Both the position numbers and the translations under genes were made by a program. 64,000 nucleotides of DNA, taken from NCBI RefSeq assembly GCF_000143415.4, contig NW_003314302.1:472707-536706 (forward strand), in the 5' to 3' direction. Numbering within the stretch: position 1 is the first letter of the stretch; every line of letters starts with the position of its first letter. This DNA is from Selaginella moellendorffii. Taxonomy: Eukaryota; Plantae; Lycopodiophyta. This document shows, piece by piece, positions 58,442 through 64,000 of the stretch. The notes under the pieces were generated by a model. It did not search any database and was not told the DNA's origin. It saw nothing but the letters and a program-made list of their open reading frames with translations.

Positions 58442-61214
58442 TGTAAGCAACCAAAGATAACGATTTGAGAGGTGATCCATAAGGGTTCAAATATAGAGAG
58501 AAAGGGCCCATGAACAAGAGTGCACCCCCTTTTTCAATTGGTTAAGGATCTTAGGATATTTGGGGTTAAGCGTCTTTGGGTTTGAATAGTATTGAGCTGG
58601 GTGACCTTCCGGGAAGTCCAAACTCAGGAGCTTACAATTTGGTATTGGAGTTGTTCCTTAGTCCAACTTTTATTAATGCACCACTTGTGTTTCCTAGGAA
58701 TGAGCCTATCCTTAAGGAGTAGTAGGTCAGGAGGATATAACTCTTCACTACAATTCATATGTGAACTTATTAGCAGGGGATAGAAAAGGGGTTAATAAGG
58801 GAACGACTTAGGGATTTTAGGAACAATATAAGGTTTTCCTTAGAGAGTTGAGGATGTGATCCAAATAAGCATTTGACTTATCAAACTGACTAATGTAGTT
58901 ATGGTAAAAAATATAGTTGAGATCACGGGGAAGGTAGAGACTCCAAAACAATAAAGGAGTCACAAGATTACCCTCATATGGTTGAGGTTGGTGCTCATGA
59001 ATTTGATACCAAAATTAATGACCATAAAAGGTCAAATGTAGAGAAGGACATAAGTCCTTGAAATAGTAGCCAAGGCTACCTTTTATAAATGCTGGAACAA
59101 ACCCAAGGAGTTGGGGGTATGCTTAGAGGATGAGGGTATTCTCATCATATGGACGGATAGTTCTAAAAAGCAAAAGTATCCCATAGAAAACAGGAAATAA
59201 TCAAGTGTTAGAGCAACACTTGCAAATATGGTCCTTGTGAGTGGGACATGAATATAACAAAATGTATTGTAGTGAATTGACACCTCAACACTAGGACCTC
59301 ATGGGTCATCAGATTAGCAAATTCTAAACTCAAGAGCTTACATTTGGTATCAGAGAAGTCTGGAGTCCAACTCTGTTGGTTGGCTAGGGGAATCACACCA
59401 CATGTTGATTGACATCTAGCAATGGTTCAGTGTGCTCCAGCTGGGTTTGACCCGAGGGGTAGGGTGTCAAGAGAGCAGGGCTCTCGGGAGAGCTATGGCT
59501 CTCAGCTTCCATTTACGAGGGCGTGAACTTGTAGAGAAGCATAGTGGATTATAAGCAACCAAAGAGAACAATTCGAGAAGTGATCCATAAGGGTTCAAAT
59601 ATAGAGGGAAAGGGCCCCCCATAAACAAGAGTCCACCCCCTTTTCCAATTGGTTAAGGATCTTGGGATATTTGAGTTTAAGCGTCCTTGGGTTTGAATAG
59701 TATTAGGTTGGGTGACCTTTCAAGAAGTCCAAACTCAGAAGCTTACAACTTGGTATTGGAACTATTCCTTAGTCCAACTTTTATTAATGCTCAAGTATAT
59801 CACCACTTGTATTTCCTAGGAGTGGGCCTATCCATAAGGAGTAGCAGGTCAAGAGGACATGACTCTCTATTATAGTTCATATGTGAACTTATAGGTAGGG
59901 TGGTGGATAGAAAAGGGGCCAATAAAAGAACGACTTAGGGATTTTAAGAACAGTATAAGGTTTTCCTTAGAGAGTTGAGGATGTGATACAGATGAGCGTT
60001 TAACTTATCAAACTGATTAATGTAGTTGTGGTAAACAACTATAGTTGGGATCACAGGGAAGGTAGAGACTCCAAAACAATAAAGGAGTCACAAGATTACC
60101 CTCATATGGTTGAGGTTGGTGCTCATGAATTTGATACCAGAATTAATGACCATAAAAGGTCAAATATAGAGAAGGACATAAGTCCTTGAAATAGTAGCCA
60201 AGGCTACCTTTTATAAATGCTGGAACAAACCCAAGGAGTTGGGGTATGCTCAGAGGATGAGGGTATTCTCATCATATGGACGGATAGTTCTAAAAAGCAA
60301 AAGTATCCCATAGAAAACAGGAAATAATCAAGTGTTAGAGTAACACTTGCAAATATGGTCCTTGTGAGTGGAACATGAATACAACAAAATGTATTGTAGT
60401 GAATTGACACCTCAACACTAGGACCTCATGGGTCATCGGATTAGCAAAGCCTAAACTCAAGAGCTTACATTTGGTATCAGAGAAGTCTGGAGTCCAACTC
60501 TGTTGGTTGGCTAGGAGAATCACACCACATGTTGATTGATATCTGGCAATGGTCTAGTGTGCTCCAGCTGGGCTTGACCCGAAGGGTAGGGTGTCAAGAG
60601 AGTAGGGCTTTCAACTTTCGTTCACGAGGGCGTGAATTTGCAGGGAAGCGTGGTGGATTATAAGAAACTAAAGAGAACAATTCAAGAGGCGATTCATAAA
60701 GGTTCAAATATAGAGGGAAAGGGCTCATGAACAAGAGTGCACCCCTTTTTCCAATTGGTTAAAGATTTTGGGATATTTGGGGTTAAGTGTTCTTGGGTTT
60801 GAATAGTACTGGGCTAGGGAAGTGTTAGGCACCAGTTCAGCATAATAGGATAAAGAAAGGGCTCTACAATCAAGTGATCACCCCTTTAACCAATTGGCTT
60901 AGGGTGTAAGGGATAGGATCCTAACATTGGTATTGGATCGTGGCTAACGAGTAGAGTAGGAATATTCTAAAGGAATATTTAACATGGTGGATCTAGAGGG
61001 AGAACTAAGGTTTGGTAGACCCTAAGAGAAGGACCATGGTGACCAAATGGTAGCCTAAGTATCATTCTCTGACGAAGGGGAGGATTGTTAGGCACTAAGT
61101 CAGCATAATAGGATAAGGAAAGGGCCTTGCAATCAAGTGATCACCCCTTTAGCCAGTTGGCTTAGGGTGTAAGGGATAGGATCCTAACAAGAAGTCCAAA
61201 CTCAGGAGCTTACA
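58442..61214 (+). mobile_element. Non-coding tandem-array TRIM-like element with three LTRs
   Basis: ~195-bp LTRs (TGTAAGC...GCTTACA) at 58442-58636, 59550-59747 and 60659-61214, with ~1.1-kb period. PBS-like TTGGTATTGG follows LTR1 and LTR2. Perfect 5-bp TSD TGTAT at 58437-41 and 61215-19. Confidence 0.92.
60823..61189 (+). mobile_element. 367-bp TRIM inserted in the third LTR of the tandem element
   Basis: 104-bp LTRs (TGTTAGG...CCTAACA) at 60823-60926 and 61086-61189, PBS-like TTGGTATTGG, PPT GAAGGGGAGGAT, TSD GGAAG/AGAAG. Confidence 0.93.
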
Positions 61215-62441
61215 TGTATGGCTGACCATATGAGACATTAGTTTGGTAGACCACTGGTATGCTGAAATTATGCTAGACATTATCTGACACCATTTTGTAT
61301 GCAAGTGCTGGATACGGGGAGTTGGTGCTTATAGGATTGAGAGTGTACTAGATCTTTGTTTTGTAGCATAATGAGCTTGGAGTTTGGCTCCAAATTTAGA
61401 TGTGCTACATTTGGTATCAGAGGAAATTATCTCAGCAATTTCTATTTGACTTTTGTCGGAATTTCTAACTTAAGTTGCATATGTAAAGACTTTTCTAGTA
61501 AATCCAATCTAGTGACCAGTATAAGAATAGTTGAATTGCACCATTTGGGAAAAATGATATATACATGTTCAGTTATTGATAGAGGCATGCATCTAGTTGG
61601 CGAGATGGTAAAAAGGAACTATGTTGATGACACTAAAACCTCTAGACAAGCAAATTGAAAGGAGGAAACTCTTGCTGGAGATGTTGTAAAAGAGGTTGAG
61701 GCTGAGTCAAAAGAGGAAGAGCCTGATGCTATAGCATTGCAATATACGGCTCAAGACATTGAAATTGAAAATTTGTAAAAGGAAATTTGCAAATTGGAGA
61801 AGGAGAACAAGAAGAGGAAGAAAAAAGATGAGGCAAGATGATGAAGTTTTATAATTGCCCCTAGTTGCACAATTTTTAAAGTTCAAGCTTCTAAAAGCAC
61901 CTAATTTCAAAGGTATGCAAGACTATCAGGTTTTGGAAGACTAGGTCTATAATGTGGAAAACTATTTCATAGTAGTAGATGACATAGATGATTGTACGAG
62001 GGTTGTGTGTGTGCAATTCTTTCTCACTAATCATGCCAAAACTTGGTGGCACTAGGTGTGCACTAAAAAAGGGCAGACTAGAAGTTAGACTAAGATGCAG
62101 TCTTATATTCATAAGGAATACTTGTTAGATGATCTTAGTTTGAGACTTCATATTGAGCTGTAGCAATTAAAGCAGTGTGGGGACCTTATGCATTATGTTA
62201 ATGTGTTTTCTTAGAAGTGCATTATGGGTGCAAATATAAGTGATGCAGATGGTCAAAGTTATTTCCTAGAAGCTTTGAGCTCACTTTCTCATAATGAGAT
62301 TTTTGAAGTTTAAGTTGAAGATGTACCTAGAGTGTAAGGAGGCCGCATAACAAGTTGCTTTCAATCACTCACTCATGGAACAGTATCAACAGCTGTATGT
62401 TGATACTTCGAATAAGAATAAAAACTCTAGGAATAAACAAA

Positions 62442-62635
62442 TGTAAGCTCATGAGTTTGGACTTCCCAGGAAGTTACCCAGCCCAGTACTATTCAAACCC
62501 AAGGACACTTAACCCCAAGTATCCTAAGACCTTTAACCAATTAGAAAAAGGGGTGCACTTTTATTCATGGGCCCTTTCCTTTTATATTTAAACCTTATAG
62601 ATTGTTTCTCGAGTCGTTCTCTTTGGTTGCTTGTA
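62442..62635 (-). mobile_element. Solo LTR of the tandem-array TRIM family, inverted, inserted in gag
   Basis: Reverse complement of the 58442-58636 LTR, flanked by perfect TSD ACAAA (62437-41 and 62636-40). Confidence 0.92.
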
Positions 62636-64000
62636 ACAAAGTGATTAAAAATAGAGAGTAGAAAGAAAGTTCCACCCTAGAAACTCACGAACACCAGTTA
62701 GCAAAGGTGGTGGTTAGCAACCATAAATGGCTTGTTCTAGTCCTAGGCCCTTTGTCCTCATCCTGGTGGGATAAGCAGCAATAAGTTGCAAAAATTACTC
62801 CTAATGGAATATGTAATGTAGATCATTGCTTCCATTGTGGAGAGGTAGGATATAGGTCCTTGGAATGTCCCAACAAGCATAAGACAAGGTCTTATATATA
62901 TATGATGAGGGAAGAAGATGGTGGCAAAGTTGAAGGGGTTGATGAGATGGTCAATGTAAATTATGAGGAAGAGGAGGTGAGCTACTTTCATTACTTTCCT
63001 CAAAATTTTCTTGCAATCAATGCAAGCAGTGATCTATTTATGTATCTTGTAGGCTTTGTTTGTGGGCACTAAATCCAAGTGATGATTAACACGAGAGCTA
63101 TGCACAGGCTGATATCCAAAGACTTAGTAAAGTTGTTAAGATTGAAAGTTGAGTGGATGTTGCATATACACTTCCATTTTGCAAAAGGTAGGAAGTAGCC
63201 AGAAAATTTGTGAGTGATGTTCCAATAAAAATATCCAAGTGGAAAGAGAAATTGAACTTAGTAGTGTTGAAAATACCAAAGTTTCAAATAGTGTTTGGTA
63301 TGGATTTCTTCAACAAATATATCAAAGGGATTTATAATGCTGGACAAAGTCGCATCACGTTGAGGTCAGAAGGATGTCCTAATATATCCTTCAAATTGCA
63401 AAAGCACTCCTTAAAGGATTGAGATGCTAAGTTCTTGATTGCAAGAGTTGCTCAAAAAGCAGTTAAGAAGGGATGTCTATTGTGAATATGACTTTGGGTA
63501 TTGAGAGCAACTTGTTGGCTAGTCCTTTTGGATATTCTTTCTTTACTGCCACGATGGCAAGAGGTTAGTATTGCTAGGCTCTTTATCAGTCCTTCTTGTT
63601 GAAGTGTTAGTAAATTTGACTTTGCATCTGTATTTAGCCAGATAAATATAAAGTAGGAACTCCTATGTGTTTCTTTCTGAGCATACTCGGTTTGGCTCTT
63701 AGTTCTCTTTTGCTTTGTTTTGCACTGGCTTGACAAGAACCCTTGCATATTAAGACTAGTCCTTCAATATTGTTAGATGATAGTTTATTGTGTCTACTAA
63801 ATACTCTTGCTATCATGCATCTTGTGTTAGTATTATTCAGTTCTAATTGCTTCTTATGGAAAGTGTCTAGATTTGTTAATTAGCATATCTAGAGAATATA
63901 GAGATTGTTTTGAATACAATAGTGTTGGTCCTATGTCTAAATTCTCAATTTAATGCTATTCCATATTTAGTAAGTTTCAAGTTAGTCCTAAAGATAACTG

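Larger units (their letters stand above)
57288..64000 (+). mobile_element. Decayed Ty3/gypsy-like LTR retrotransposon with nested insertions
   Basis: LTR from TG at 57288 to CA at 61409, tRNA-Met PBS TGGTATCAGAG at 61412, gag remnants, degenerate zinc knuckle CFHCGEVGY...C at ~62830, protease remnants (INTRAMH; IVFGMDFF). LTR-like sequence resumes at ~63477. Confidence 0.8.

Overview
Eukaryotic nuclear DNA from a compact plant genome. The ~50-60 nt introns, intronless PLS-type PPR genes and dense gene packing suggest a lycophyte such as Selaginella (inference). 1-41.2 kb is gene-dense: SAC phosphoinositide phosphatase (3' part), 3-ketoacyl-CoA synthase, NAD-malic enzyme and a TAAC-like carrier on a shared divergent promoter, two PPR genes plus a PPR relic, a SYMRK/DMI2-type malectin-LRR kinase, a TAF15/FET-like RNA-binding protein, an intronless APH-like kinase, a CCT protein, a WAC-DDT-WHIM protein, a quinone oxidoreductase and a disrupted aldehyde oxidase. 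41.2-64 kb is an AT-rich mobile-DNA block. It holds a decayed MULE transposase with a GCM-like zinc finger, divergent from a ParB-like pseudogene across a GC-rich palindrome array. It also holds two near-identical 2.2-kb copies of an intact secreted protein gene whose N-terminal domain resembles a ribosome-inactivating protein (RIP) A chain and whose C-terminus is a GNA/bulb-type lectin, small orphan Zn-motif ORFs, and a three-level nest of LTR elements. The best candidate for a new system is the RIP-like/GNA-lectin chimera and its MULE/ParB-like context. All homology calls are by eye; no searches were run.
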